Shown here one piece after another: positions 27,073-36,808 of a DNA stretch of 64,000 bases. The notes beneath the pieces were generated by a model, which was not told the origin of the DNA, did not search any database, and saw nothing but the letters and a program-made list of their open reading frames with translations. The stretch's first letter is position 1. The number at the start of each line of letters is the position of its first letter. The DNA comes from Myxococcota bacterium (GTDB lineage: Bacteria > Myxococcota_A > Polyangia > Polyangiales > Houyiibacteriaceae), in assembly GCA_039177115.1 (NCBI GenBank), contig JBCDFZ010000027.1:2488-66487 (forward strand), read 5' to 3'. The translations under genes and the position numbers were made by a program.

Positions 27073-28536
27073 ATGTCCAAGATCCCGGCCGGAGTCGGTC
27101 CGAAGCTTCCGCAGGTGGTGGTGCTGTTCGGCGCGACCGGTGACCTGTCACGGCGTAAACTCCTGCCAGGCCTTTTCCACCTCGGGAGCTCGGGTTTCAT
27201 TCCCGACTACCGCATCATCGGTGTGTCGCTCGACGAGATCGACGTGAACGCGTTCCGCGACGTCGCGCGCGCCGCAGTCGAAGAGCACCAGGCCCGCGGG
27301 GTGTCCACCGAGGCCTGGCAATCATTCTCGGAGCGGCTCGGCTACGTGCCCCTTTCAGCCGGTTCCGAGGCCCTGCGCTCCGCCGTGACACAGGCCGAGT
27401 CGGAGTTCGGCGGTGAGTGCGGACGGCTCCACTATCTGAGCGTCCCTCCGAACGCCGCGCTCTCGGCGGTGCAGATGCTGGGCGAGGCAGGCCTTGTCGA
27501 GCGCTCGAGGATCGTGATGGAAAAGCCCTTCGGCACCGACCTTGCCAGTGCGGTGGCGCTCAACGGTCGGCTCCACCAGGTCTTTCGCGAAGATCAGATC
27601 TTCCGCATCGACCACTTCCTCGGTAAGGAGCCCGCGCAGAACATCCTCGCCTTCCGATTCGCCAACGGACTCTTCGAACCGATCTGGAACCGAAACTTCA
27701 TCGATCACATCCAGATCGACGTGCCTGAGACGCTAGGCCTTGCGACACGCGCCGCCTTCTACGAGGCCACCGGCGCATTCCGCGACATGGTCGTCACCCA
27801 CCTCTTCCAGATCCTCGCCTTCACCGCGATGGAGCCGCCGACGGAACTCGCGCCGGAGCCGATCGGCGAGGAGAAGAACAAAGTCTTTCGCTCGATGGTT
27901 CCAATCCAGCCCACCGACGTGGTTCGCGGACAGTACAGCGGTTACCGCGACGAAGAGGGCGTCGACCCCGAGTCCGAGACCGAGACCTTCATCGCCATGC
28001 GCTGCTTCATCGACAACTGGCGATGGGCGGGGGTGCCCTTCTACCTTCGCACGGGGAAGCGAATGGCGGAGGGTCAACGCATCATCTCCATCGCCTTTCG
28101 CGAGCCGCCAAAGAGCATGTTCCCGGCCAACTCGGGTGTGGGGGCGCAGGGGCCGGACCACCTGACCTTCGACCTCGCGGACGCCTCGAAGATGTCGCTT
28201 TCCTTCTACGGCAAGCGCCCGGGGCCGGGCATGCGGCTCGACAAGCTCAGCCTTCAGTTCGCAATGCACGACACTGGGATGATCGGCGACGTGTTGGAAG
28301 CGTACGAGCGCTTGATCCTCGACGCGATGCGGGGCGACCGGACGCTCTTCACCACGTCCGAGGGCATCGAGCGACTCTGGCAGGCCGCTGGACCCCTGTT
28401 GGACGCTCCGCCACCAGTGCGGCCCTACGCGCCGGGTTCTTGGGGCCCGAACGCGATTCACCAGCTCGTCGCCCCCCGCGCATGGCGACTCCCCTTTGAA
28501 CGCGTATGGCGCGATCCCAACGGCCTCGGAAGCTGA
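27073..28536 (+). CDS. zwf: Glucose-6-phosphate 1-dehydrogenase
   Basis: FGATGDLSRRKL, EKPFG, RIDHFLGKE, RWAGVPFYLRTGK, AYERL; GAGGAGG RBS. Confidence 0.97.
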   Translation: MSKIPAGVGPKLPQVVVLFGATGDLSRRKLLPGLFHLGSSGFIPDYRIIGVSLDEIDVNAFRDVARAAVEEHQARGVSTEAWQSFSERLGYVPLSAGSEALRSAVTQAESEFGGECGRLHYLSVPPNAALSAVQMLGEAGLVERSRIVMEKPFGTDLASAVALNGRLHQVFREDQIFRIDHFLGKEPAQNILAFRFANGLFEPIWNRNFIDHIQIDVPETLGLATRAAFYEATGAFRDMVVTHLFQILAFTAMEPPTELAPEPIGEEKNKVFRSMVPIQPTDVVRGQYSGYRDEEGVDPESETETFIAMRCFIDNWRWAGVPFYLRTGKRMAEGQRIISIAFREPPKSMFPANSGVGAQGPDHLTFDLADASKMSLSFYGKRPGPGMRLDKLSLQFAMHDTGMIGDVLEAYERLILDAMRGDRTLFTTSEGIERLWQAAGPLLDAPPPVRPYAPGSWGPNAIHQLVAPRAWRLPFERVWRDPNGLGS

Positions 28537-28616
28537 GGGAGCCGCTAGATTCCGGGGCCGTCGCAGAGGACTCCTCGGTTCCTGACCTCGGCATCGCTGG
28601 CGTCATCTTTCCGTAG

Positions 28617-28639
28617 GTGAATTTGATTCGCATTTTCAC
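28617..28639. promoter_or_regulatory. Fur-box-like imperfect palindrome
   Basis: GTGAATTTGATTCGCATTTTCAC (reverse complement GTGAAAATGCGAATCAAATTCAC), 27 bp upstream of ATG 28667; AT-rich patch in GC-rich DNA. Confidence 0.65.
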
Positions 28640-28666
28640 TAAGTGCTGCTAGCGTCAGGAGTAACG

Positions 28667-29872
28667 ATGGCGACCTGTCGAAAGTGCGCTTGCGTGGTGG
28701 CTTTCGCAGCGGCGTTTGCGACTGGATGCGGCGAGGACGCGCCCGCAGAGATCGGAGCCGACGAACCCAACGAGGCCCCACTCTACGCCATCGCGGCCAC
28801 CCTGCCTTCCTTCTCCCAGTCATCCATGTTCGTGAGCATCACCGACTCGCTCGATGTCGCCGAGTTCGACATTTCGAATGCGCGCGAGTTCGAAGGTGCT
28901 GCGCAAGTCAGTGCGTCCTCCGGAAAACTGTTCGTGTCGGATGGCGAATCGCCACGAATCACGCGCTACGCCATCTCCGACGAAGGCTCGTGGCGCGCGG
29001 AGGAGACGATCAGTTTCGCGGGCCTCGTCTCCGTTGGAGCCCTCACCACGGTTTTCGTCGATCCGAGAACGGCATACTCACCTCTCGGGGTACTTGGCCG
29101 TATTCTGTGGGACCCGGAGGAGATGGTCATCCTCGAGACCCGCGAACCCCCCGAAGACGTCCCTTTTCTTCGTGATGGGCTGACCGCGAATCTCGGCTAC
29201 GATCAGCCCGTCCGCGAAAACCGCCTCTACCACATGGTCTACTGGGCCGACGCAAGCTTCGTGAGCTACTCGGAAACGTCGCAGGTGATCGTCTACGACA
29301 CCGAATCTTCCGACGTCGTCAACGTCCTGAGCGCACCCTGCCCTCACCTGCACATCGCATCCCGCGATGCCAACGGCGACCTCTACCTGAGCAACGGTTC
29401 TGGGAGCGGCACGATGCGGTTGTTTGATGGCTCTGCGCCGCGAAACTGCGTGGTCCGAGTCAGGATCGGTCAGGACAGGCTCGATGAGAACTTCACTTTC
29501 GATTTCGCGGAAGTCACAGGCGGACGAGAGGGGGCCGCCTTTCGCGTCCTCGACGAGACGACGGCGATGTTCGCCGTATTCCACGACGAAGACATCGAGA
29601 TCACCAACGACTCGAATCCACTCTTGGTGAACATCAGCGCCAACTGGCGCCTTTGGTCGATGAACCTCGAGACGCGAGCTGCTGGTCCCATCGAAGGGTT
29701 CGAGCCTTTTTCGGGACAGTACGTGGTGTTTCGAGTGGACGGTCGGACCTTGATCTCGATGCCCGAAGCGAACTACCAGTCGACCACGGTGTTCGAGCTT
29801 CTGCCCGATGGATCCGCCGAGAAGCGCTTCGTTGCCGACGGCTTCGTGTTCGAAATCATCCGGCTCCGATAG
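28667..29872 (+). CDS. Lipoprotein, MxcI-like predicted beta-propeller family
   Basis: Lipobox ATGC; PLYAIA, AREFEG, LFVSDGESPRITRY, WDPEEM, APCP, GDLYLSN, WRLW; paralog of 17381..18580. Confidence 0.75.
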   Translation: MATCRKCACVVAFAAAFATGCGEDAPAEIGADEPNEAPLYAIAATLPSFSQSSMFVSITDSLDVAEFDISNAREFEGAAQVSASSGKLFVSDGESPRITRYAISDEGSWRAEETISFAGLVSVGALTTVFVDPRTAYSPLGVLGRILWDPEEMVILETREPPEDVPFLRDGLTANLGYDQPVRENRLYHMVYWADASFVSYSETSQVIVYDTESSDVVNVLSAPCPHLHIASRDANGDLYLSNGSGSGTMRLFDGSAPRNCVVRVRIGQDRLDENFTFDFAEVTGGREGAAFRVLDETTAMFAVFHDEDIEITNDSNPLLVNISANWRLWSMNLETRAAGPIEGFEPFSGQYVVFRVDGRTLISMPEANYQSTTVFELLPDGSAEKRFVADGFVFEIIRLR

Positions 29873-30170
29873 TCGCACCGTTCGGGACGCCGGAAGCCCA
29901 GGCCTCAGCCTTCACGTACTCAGCGAAGCGCCCTTTACAACCGGGATGCCAACGCAACAGAGCCGGTCGGTATGGCATCACGTCGTCGGCGTTCCATTGG
30001 ATGCGCTTTTCGAGGGGCCGCCGATAGTCCCCATCATGGACCGTCACCCGTCGTTATCGAGCTCGTTTCACCCACCGCAGGTCGCTCGGAAGACCCTGTT
30101 CGTTGCTTTGCTCATTGTGCACGAAGCGACGGGGGACGTGTCGGGTTCGCAATTGCCGGCCAAAGGCGTG

Positions 30171-30185
30171 CGTGACATGGTCACG
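30171..30185. promoter_or_regulatory. Palindrome CGTGAC-atg-GTCACG, candidate operator
   Basis: Perfect 6-bp arms in the intergenic region upstream of the esterase. Confidence 0.4.
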
Positions 30186-30363
30186 ACATGTTGCGCACTG
30201 CCGGAATCGGGTGTGTCGCCACATGCCCGACAACGAACAGCGAGCGGGCCGCCCGGCTCCGTCCGGAGTCAACCCCGCCGACAGCGAAGCCGAACCGATC
30301 AATTCGGGAACCGACGACTCCGAGTCGGAACCCGACAACTCGCCCTGAAAACGGGCCCACCCG

Positions 30364-31383
30364 GTGAAGAACGCCGTCCTCAAGTTTGCAGCGCGTCGGC
30401 TGTGTCAGATGCCCATGCCGATTGTGCGTCTTCTAGGCGGCAGGGCCATCACCGTCGATGGCCAAACGCTCGACCCCGTGGTGCAAATGATGGTCCGCCA
30501 TTTCACCGATCCGCCTGGCACGATCGGAACGGTCGAGGAGCTCCGCGCAGGTCTCGACGTGCAGAGCGAGTGGCTGTGTCATCCCCCCGCACCCGGGGTG
30601 AGGCTGCAAGAAGTCAAGATGGAGGGCCCGAACGGGCCCATTCCTTGCGAGATCCATCGCCCGAGAGACCTTCCGACCCAAGATGCCCCGGCGCTTCTCT
30701 TCTACCACGGCGGGGGGCACGTCGGAGGCTCGCTCGCGTCGCACCGCGGTGTCTGCCGCCAGCTCGCATACGACGTGAACTGCGCGGTCGTGGCCGTCGA
30801 CTACCGTCTCGCCCCCGAGCACAAGTTCCCTGCGGGCATCCATGACTCGCTCGCCGCATATGACGCGGTCGTTTCCAACGCTCGAGAACTAGGTTTCGAC
30901 CCTAGCCGGATCGCGCTCGGTGGCGATAGCGCTGGCGGCAACGTCACCGCGGTCGTCGCACAACAGCGCAAGGATGCCCCTCACCCGCCGAGGTACCAGA
31001 TCCTCTGGTCACCGTGGCTCGACATGAGCCAGCAGAGGCGGTCGTATGAGCTCTTTGCGCTCGGGTACTTTCTCGAGAAGCCGTTGATGGAGTGGTACAC
31101 GGATCAATACCTCCCAGACGAGGAAAGCAGGCTCGACCCGATGGCCTCGCCGATGCTGGGCGACGTGTCCGGTGTGTGCCCCGCCGCGGTCATGGTCGCG
31201 GGCTTCGACCCGCTGCGCGACGATGGCCTCGACTATGCGAGAATGCTGGAAGCGGCGGGTGTGCAAACCACGCTCAACCTCTACGAGGGCGTGGTCCACC
31301 CCTTCGTGAACGTCGCAGGATACGTCCCGGTGGCGAAAGACGCGTTCAACGACGCAGTGACTCTCATCAAGGCCAACGTCTAG
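30364..31383 (+). CDS. HSL-family alpha/beta hydrolase (lipase/esterase)
   Basis: HGGG oxyanion motif, VDYRLAPEHKFPA, GDSAGG, FDPLRDDG, VHPF. Confidence 0.93.
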   Translation: MKNAVLKFAARRLCQMPMPIVRLLGGRAITVDGQTLDPVVQMMVRHFTDPPGTIGTVEELRAGLDVQSEWLCHPPAPGVRLQEVKMEGPNGPIPCEIHRPRDLPTQDAPALLFYHGGGHVGGSLASHRGVCRQLAYDVNCAVVAVDYRLAPEHKFPAGIHDSLAAYDAVVSNARELGFDPSRIALGGDSAGGNVTAVVAQQRKDAPHPPRYQILWSPWLDMSQQRRSYELFALGYFLEKPLMEWYTDQYLPDEESRLDPMASPMLGDVSGVCPAAVMVAGFDPLRDDGLDYARMLEAAGVQTTLNLYEGVVHPFVNVAGYVPVAKDAFNDAVTLIKANV

Positions 31384-31445
31384 TCAGGCCGCAGCCCGAG
31401 AGGTGGGACGAGAGGCGAACGGCGAGCAAGACCGCGACGCCTCGA

Positions 31446-33134
31446 CTAAGTCCAAGCCCGGGGCGGTTCCTCTGCGGGCGAGGCCTTGTCTCGATCGCCG
31501 ACGGCCACGCGGGAGCGAATGAGGTCGGCCGCCTTCTCGGCGACCATGATGGTAGGGGCGTTCGTGTTGCCCCCTGGAATGGTCGGCATGATGGACGCGT
31601 CGGCGACGCGAAGCCCTTCGAGGCCCCGGACCCTCAGGTCGGGCCCTACGACTGCCATCTCATCGACCCCCATCTTACAGGTGCCGACCGGATGATAGAT
31701 CGTCGCCGCACGTTCACGAATGCCTCTCACCATCTCGTCGCGGGTGATGTCGAAGTGCGAGTACGCTGTTGCGGGTTTGCCGAGATGGCTCCGGACCGCT
31801 GGGGATTGGGCGATCTCGAGCGAAATCTCTCCGCCACGGACCAGAACGTCGACGTCTGCCTCGTCCTCGAGATAGCGAGGGTCGATGAGGGGCGGCGTCC
31901 ACGGGTCTGCGCTTTCGAGCGTGATCTCGCCTCGGCTCTTTGGATAGAGCAGCGTAGGCACCAGCGAGCATCCACGGCCCTTCGGGTCGTAGTTCACTTC
32001 GTCGAGCGCGACATCGGGGGGCATCGTACAAAGCAGATGAAACTGAAGGTCGGGGATCGCAGCGCTCGCGTTCGTTCTGATGAAGCCACCGGACTGAGAG
32101 GCGGTGACGGCAAGGGGCCCGCCCTGCCCAAGCAAGTATCGGCCGAGCCAACCCATCACGCTCAGGGTATTGATGCGGGGCGCGGCGTTCGTCGTCACTT
32201 CGTAGCCGACGCCACCGTACAGGTGGTCTTGAAGGTTCTTGCCGACGCCGGCGAGCTCGTGTCGAACCGATACGTTGGCCCGACCGAGAACGTCGGAGGC
32301 TCCGATTCCTGAGAGCATCAGGATGTGGGGACTCCCGATGGCGCCGGCACACATCGCAATCTCTTCGTACGCGAAGGCCTGCCTGGTCTCACCGCCCTCA
32401 TGATACTGCACGGCCACCGCACGCCGTCCCTCGAGAACCACGCGTTCGACGTGCGCATCGGTCACGACCGTCAGGTTCGGTCGTTCAAGGGCAGGCTCCA
32501 AATAAGCCACGGCCGTACTGCACCGACGCGCATCTCGCGTGGTGAGTTGGAACAGGCCGAAACCTTCACGCTCCGGCGTGTTGTGGTCATCAACCATGGG
32601 AACATCGCAGACTTCCGCGCCGGCCTCGGCAAGCCGCACACAGATCTCAGCTGGCTCAGGGACGGTTTCGACACGGAGCGGGCCTCCCCGACCGTGGTAG
32701 GGGCCGCCTAGATCGTTGTCTTCGGAGCGCTTGAAGTAGGGGAGCAGATCGTCGTAGCCCCAGCCAACGTTTCCGAGGTCGCGCCAACCGTCGTAGTCCG
32801 CACGATGACCTCGCATGTAGATCATGTAGTTGAGGCAGCTCGTTCCGCCGAGCACGCGACCGCGCGGCCAGTATCCTCTGCGCCCGAACATGTGCTTTTG
32901 CGGCGTCGTGCGAAAGCCCCAATCGTACTTCGACCGCCAAAGCGTCGCGACCAAACCAGGCGCTTTGATCTGAAGGTTGTGTTTCGCGCCGCCGGCCTCG
33001 ATGAGAAGAACCGTGCACGTTGGGTCCTCGCTGAGTCGCGATGCTAGCGCGCACCCTGCCGAACCGGCCCCGACGACGATGTAGTCGTAGCCCAGTGTGT
33101 CTCTGCGTCCCTTTCGGGGTACCGATGCACGCAT
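31446..33134 (-). CDS. GMC-family flavoprotein oxidoreductase (choline/alcohol dehydrogenase-like)
   Basis: YDYIVVGAGSAGC, PRGRVLGG, GVGKNLQDH, YHPVGTCKMG, GNTNAP. Confidence 0.95.
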   Translation of the reverse strand: MRASVPRKGRRDTLGYDYIVVGAGSAGCALASRLSEDPTCTVLLIEAGGAKHNLQIKAPGLVATLWRSKYDWGFRTTPQKHMFGRRGYWPRGRVLGGTSCLNYMIYMRGHRADYDGWRDLGNVGWGYDDLLPYFKRSEDNDLGGPYHGRGGPLRVETVPEPAEICVRLAEAGAEVCDVPMVDDHNTPEREGFGLFQLTTRDARRCSTAVAYLEPALERPNLTVVTDAHVERVVLEGRRAVAVQYHEGGETRQAFAYEEIAMCAGAIGSPHILMLSGIGASDVLGRANVSVRHELAGVGKNLQDHLYGGVGYEVTTNAAPRINTLSVMGWLGRYLLGQGGPLAVTASQSGGFIRTNASAAIPDLQFHLLCTMPPDVALDEVNYDPKGRGCSLVPTLLYPKSRGEITLESADPWTPPLIDPRYLEDEADVDVLVRGGEISLEIAQSPAVRSHLGKPATAYSHFDITRDEMVRGIRERAATIYHPVGTCKMGVDEMAVVGPDLRVRGLEGLRVADASIMPTIPGGNTNAPTIMVAEKAADLIRSRVAVGDRDKASPAEEPPRAWT

Positions 33135-33251
33135 GTTTCACCTCACGGATGAAAACGTGCCTCCCCGTCGCAGCGAAGGCCATACGTAATTGATTGCCAC
33201 TGAACGGCCGCACCCTTTCGCGGGTACTCGTCCGTCTGGAACAGTGATTCC

Positions 33252-34865
33252 ATGGGGAGCCACGGGGACGGACTGGGGGCTTCGGCGCTGGCGTTCGACG
33301 GCACCGCCTGCCGAGTGCTTGCATTCGCGGTGCTTGCGCTGCTTGCCTCCGCTTGCTCGAAGGACGGAGGCGGGACCCTCCAGTACACCATCGAGCAGGC
33401 GTCAGACTGCGAGCAACTCCTCGACTACCCCTATGCGCGCAACCTTTTCTGCCCCGCGACGTTCTCGGCTGTCCAAAGCGTCCTGTCGACGATCGCAGCA
33501 AGCCTTGGGGAGCGAGACCCGATCGACGGCTACTTCTACTACTATCAGACCGTCGCCGATCCCGAGGATCCACCAGACGACCAGTCGCAAACTACCGCAG
33601 CCTGCCTTCTGAGCGAGGCCCCTTGGGGAAGTGCCGAGGTCGTCGGCGCGGGCACCCCGCTGTGCGACCTCGTTGCGTACGTGACCAGCACGGGTCCACT
33701 TCCTGGAGGCGCCGAGCCGGCGAGCAACGATAATCCGGTCCCCGACGGGCTGCGCGCTTTTCCAGACTACTTCACCCGCCTCTTTCCGCCCAACACCGAA
33801 ACGCTACTCGCAGACTTTCAGTCGGGGGGCGCGTTCGATCCAATCGTCCGCAATCTAGGTGCGGACACCTACGAGGGCTTCGTGAGCAGCTACCCCGCCT
33901 ACGCCGCCGACGCGCTCTACGATCCGGCCGACTGGCGAAGCGACCCGCAGTACTATGGGATCAGCGGGGGCGGGGGCGGAGGCTGGGGGGGCGAAGTGTG
34001 CCTGGCGCTGCCGGGTGGCGACATGCGGACGCTCCTGTCCTTTGGTGGGGGCGGCGGGGGCGGCATGACCTCGACGCGGACCGCTGGTGTCGCGACGACC
34101 TCTGTCGGCGGTGGGGGCGGGGGCGGCATGCAGCTGGCGAACGGCTACTCCTTCGACGGCGTGTCCTACGATGGGCTCGGCTTGGGCGCGGGCACCAGCA
34201 ACGACGAGGCGGTCGTGCAGTACTCCTACAACGACTACGCGGACTCCGGCCGGTCGACGGAGTCCGTCAACAACTACAACCCGGCCGTCATCTCGGACTA
34301 CCAGGACCAGATGTCCAACCTGGTCGGACAGCTACAAGCCGGGCTCGCGGCTGGTGGAACGGTGGTGGTGCGTGGCGGAGGCGGCATGGGGGCAGGCACC
34401 GAGTACTTGAAGGAGGACGGCGAGGAGTGGACGCCCCATGCGCTCTCGACCCAGGCGGGTTTCTCTTTCCGCTACGAGTTCGGAGCGCCAGCTCCCGCAG
34501 ACTCACAGACCGACGACGACAGTAGTGAAGAGGCAGCCTACGCTCAGCTCGGTGACTTCTACGAGCAAGCCAACGCGGAGGCGCTCTCCGAGTGTGGCGA
34601 CGACTACTCAGACTACTCGTGCATCTGCCCGAAGCAGCAAGCCATCGTGATGTGTCTGATGGCAGAGGCTCTCGGTGACGCGACAGAGGTTCCGTCGTGG
34701 CTCTCTCAGCAGCATTGCCCGAACGACGATACCAACGTCTCAAACCAACTTGATGGCGGGCTGACGAACTACCAGCAACTCTTGCTCGACAGCATCCCGT
34801 CGACGGCAGCCATGGGAGCGCGGCGCAGGGTGCTACGCCGGTACTTCAATCACGTAAACCGCTAG
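33252..34865 (+). CDS. Hypothetical lipoprotein with interspersed polyglycine tracts and Cys-rich ends
   Basis: Lipobox ASAC; ISGGGGGGWGGE, SFGGGGGGGM, SVGGGGGGGM, VRGGGGMGAG; start uncertain. Confidence 0.8.
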   Translation: MGSHGDGLGASALAFDGTACRVLAFAVLALLASACSKDGGGTLQYTIEQASDCEQLLDYPYARNLFCPATFSAVQSVLSTIAASLGERDPIDGYFYYYQTVADPEDPPDDQSQTTAACLLSEAPWGSAEVVGAGTPLCDLVAYVTSTGPLPGGAEPASNDNPVPDGLRAFPDYFTRLFPPNTETLLADFQSGGAFDPIVRNLGADTYEGFVSSYPAYAADALYDPADWRSDPQYYGISGGGGGGWGGEVCLALPGGDMRTLLSFGGGGGGGMTSTRTAGVATTSVGGGGGGGMQLANGYSFDGVSYDGLGLGAGTSNDEAVVQYSYNDYADSGRSTESVNNYNPAVISDYQDQMSNLVGQLQAGLAAGGTVVVRGGGGMGAGTEYLKEDGEEWTPHALSTQAGFSFRYEFGAPAPADSQTDDDSSEEAAYAQLGDFYEQANAEALSECGDDYSDYSCICPKQQAIVMCLMAEALGDATEVPSWLSQQHCPNDDTNVSNQLDGGLTNYQQLLLDSIPSTAAMGARRRVLRRYFNHVNR

Positions 34866-34917
34866 CGCTTCGCGTCGTCGGATGGTGGATGCCCGAGACG
34901 CCTACACAACGCCCGGA

Positions 34918-36705
34918 CTACCGCCCTACCCGACGCGCGATTCCTCGAAGCCCCAGCCAAAGCAGGTAGAACAGCAGAACGAGGACTACGGCAGCTGTCG
35001 TCAGGACGGCGTAGTTCGGGTTGTTTCGAAACGCGTACCAAATGACTTCGCGACGCTGGTCGTAGCCCTTCGGCATGGGAAGAACGTCGTTGTCTCGCAC
35101 GTAGTCGCGGTACGCGTCCATCATGGCCGAGAACCGCTCGGGCATCTTCTCCTTGAGATCGGCGGTTTCGCCCGGGTCGCTGACGAAGTTGAACAAATGC
35201 CATTCATCGTCGCCGACGGGCCCTCGATCTTTTACGATCTTGTAGTCGCCTTGAAAGAGAGCCGCGTTCCCGGCGAGCTCGTAGCCGATGGCTTGCGCTG
35301 GGTCGTGTGCGCGCTCGGCCTCCCCCGTCAACAAGGGGACCAGGCTCGTGCCAATCATGCGTTCGACGGTGCGCCCCTGATAGTTGCCGTCCGGCACATC
35401 GACGCCGGCAAGGTCGAGAATCGTCGGGGCGAGGTCTGTCACGTGAGTGAAGGCGTTCGATCTGCGTCCATCGCCGGCGACGCCGGCGCCGGCCACGATC
35501 ATCGGAACCCGCAGGCCTCCGTCGTGGGCGAAGAACTTGTAGTACGCCAACGGGGAAACCGCGGCGCTCGCGAAACTCGGGCCGATCTCGAGGAAGCTGC
35601 CCTTCTCCCCAAGCGTGGCGTAGTCGGTGTTATAGCCGTTGAAGGCCATCCATCCCCGCATGTAGAGCCCCCGTGCCCCGCTCACGAGCCGGGTCGATTC
35701 GGCCCCGTTGTCGGAGCTGAAGATGAAAACCGTGTTTTCGTACTCGCCGATCTCCTTCAGGTAGGCCACGAAGCGCGCGATGTTGTCATCCATCGCTTGG
35801 AGCATGCCGGCGTACACCGCCATCGCTTTCGCATTGTACTTCCTCTCGTCGTCGCTGAGCGCATCCCAATCCTCGGTGGTCGACATGGTCACCATATCGA
35901 TCCCCTCTGGGACGATGCCGAGCGCTTGAGCTCGCGCGAGACGCGCCTCGCGAAGCTTGGTCCACCCCTCGTCGTACTTCCCGATGTTGCGCTCGGTGTA
36001 CTCGCGCGGCGCCTGCACCGGGAAGTGAACGGCCAAGAACGGAATGTAGGAGAAGAACGGCTTCCCGTCGGCGCGGTTCTCGTCGACGAACTCGATGGCC
36101 CTATCGACCAGATACTTGGGCGTGTAGAAGCCCTCCGGCAGAGTGAGGTTCTCGCCGTCTTCGTACCAGTAGGCTTCCTTGTACGCGGGGAGGTAAGGCT
36201 TCTGTTCGAAGTGGTCAGCGCCGCTCACGGCCATGGACACCGTTCGCTCGAAGCCCCTGTAAAAGGGCCTTTGCTCGGGCTCGTTCCCGAGGTGCCACTT
36301 CCCGGTCATGTACGTGTGGTAGCCGGCGTCGCGAAGGATTGTCGCGATGGTCACTACGTTGTCGCCGAGCGCGCCCCGATAGTTGGCGTGCTCGGCCTGT
36401 TCGGGCGGAATCGACTCCGGAATGTTGGGGACTCCGTTCCGGTGACTGTCGACGCCCGTGAGCAGCATGCCGCGCGTCGGCGCGCAGCTTCCCGCCATGT
36501 GGTGGTTGGTGAACTTCACGCCCTCGGCTGCGAGCGCAGAAATCGCAGGTGTCTCGATCTCGCTCCCGTACGGCTCCGTGTCGGAATAGCCGAGATCGTC
36601 GGCGAGAATGAGCACGATGTTCGGCGCGTCCGCGTGGGCTGACGCATCGACCCACGCGCCCAGGCAGCACCCGACAGAACATAGGAACAAACGCCAAAAC
36701 GCCAT
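34918..36705 (-). CDS. Arylsulfatase (formylglycine-dependent) with C-terminal TM anchor
   Basis: PNIVLILADDLGYSD, CAPTRGMLLTG (CxPxR), GKWHLG, SDNG, DPGE; signal peptide AHA-D; hydrophobic and basic C-tail. Confidence 0.93.
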   Translation of the reverse strand: MAFWRLFLCSVGCCLGAWVDASAHADAPNIVLILADDLGYSDTEPYGSEIETPAISALAAEGVKFTNHHMAGSCAPTRGMLLTGVDSHRNGVPNIPESIPPEQAEHANYRGALGDNVVTIATILRDAGYHTYMTGKWHLGNEPEQRPFYRGFERTVSMAVSGADHFEQKPYLPAYKEAYWYEDGENLTLPEGFYTPKYLVDRAIEFVDENRADGKPFFSYIPFLAVHFPVQAPREYTERNIGKYDEGWTKLREARLARAQALGIVPEGIDMVTMSTTEDWDALSDDERKYNAKAMAVYAGMLQAMDDNIARFVAYLKEIGEYENTVFIFSSDNGAESTRLVSGARGLYMRGWMAFNGYNTDYATLGEKGSFLEIGPSFASAAVSPLAYYKFFAHDGGLRVPMIVAGAGVAGDGRRSNAFTHVTDLAPTILDLAGVDVPDGNYQGRTVERMIGTSLVPLLTGEAERAHDPAQAIGYELAGNAALFQGDYKIVKDRGPVGDDEWHLFNFVSDPGETADLKEKMPERFSAMMDAYRDYVRDNDVLPMPKGYDQRREVIWYAFRNNPNYAVLTTAAVVLVLLFYLLWLGLRGIARRVGR

Positions 36706-36808
36706 CAGCGGCGATGTAGAACGAGAAGTGAGGTGCCACAAGGTACCGGCCGCCAGGGCAGTCGATGGTTCTGACCACGCCACGACAGGCTCGACGACCG
36801 GACGCAGG

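Noticed and set aside
29856-30110. Short minus-strand ORF 29856..30047 as a gene
   Set aside because: No recognisable motif or RBS; it may be a decayed fragment but cannot be supported.
30346-30348. In-frame TGA as selenocysteine
   Set aside because: It lies in a low-complexity acidic leader, not at a catalytic Cys position, and no SECIS-like hairpin was evident.
34882-36642. Long antisense ORFs (also 2705..3841, 43471..44829, 52454..53485 and others)
   Set aside because: They lie opposite well-supported genes and lack motifs; such shadows are expected from high-GC codon bias.
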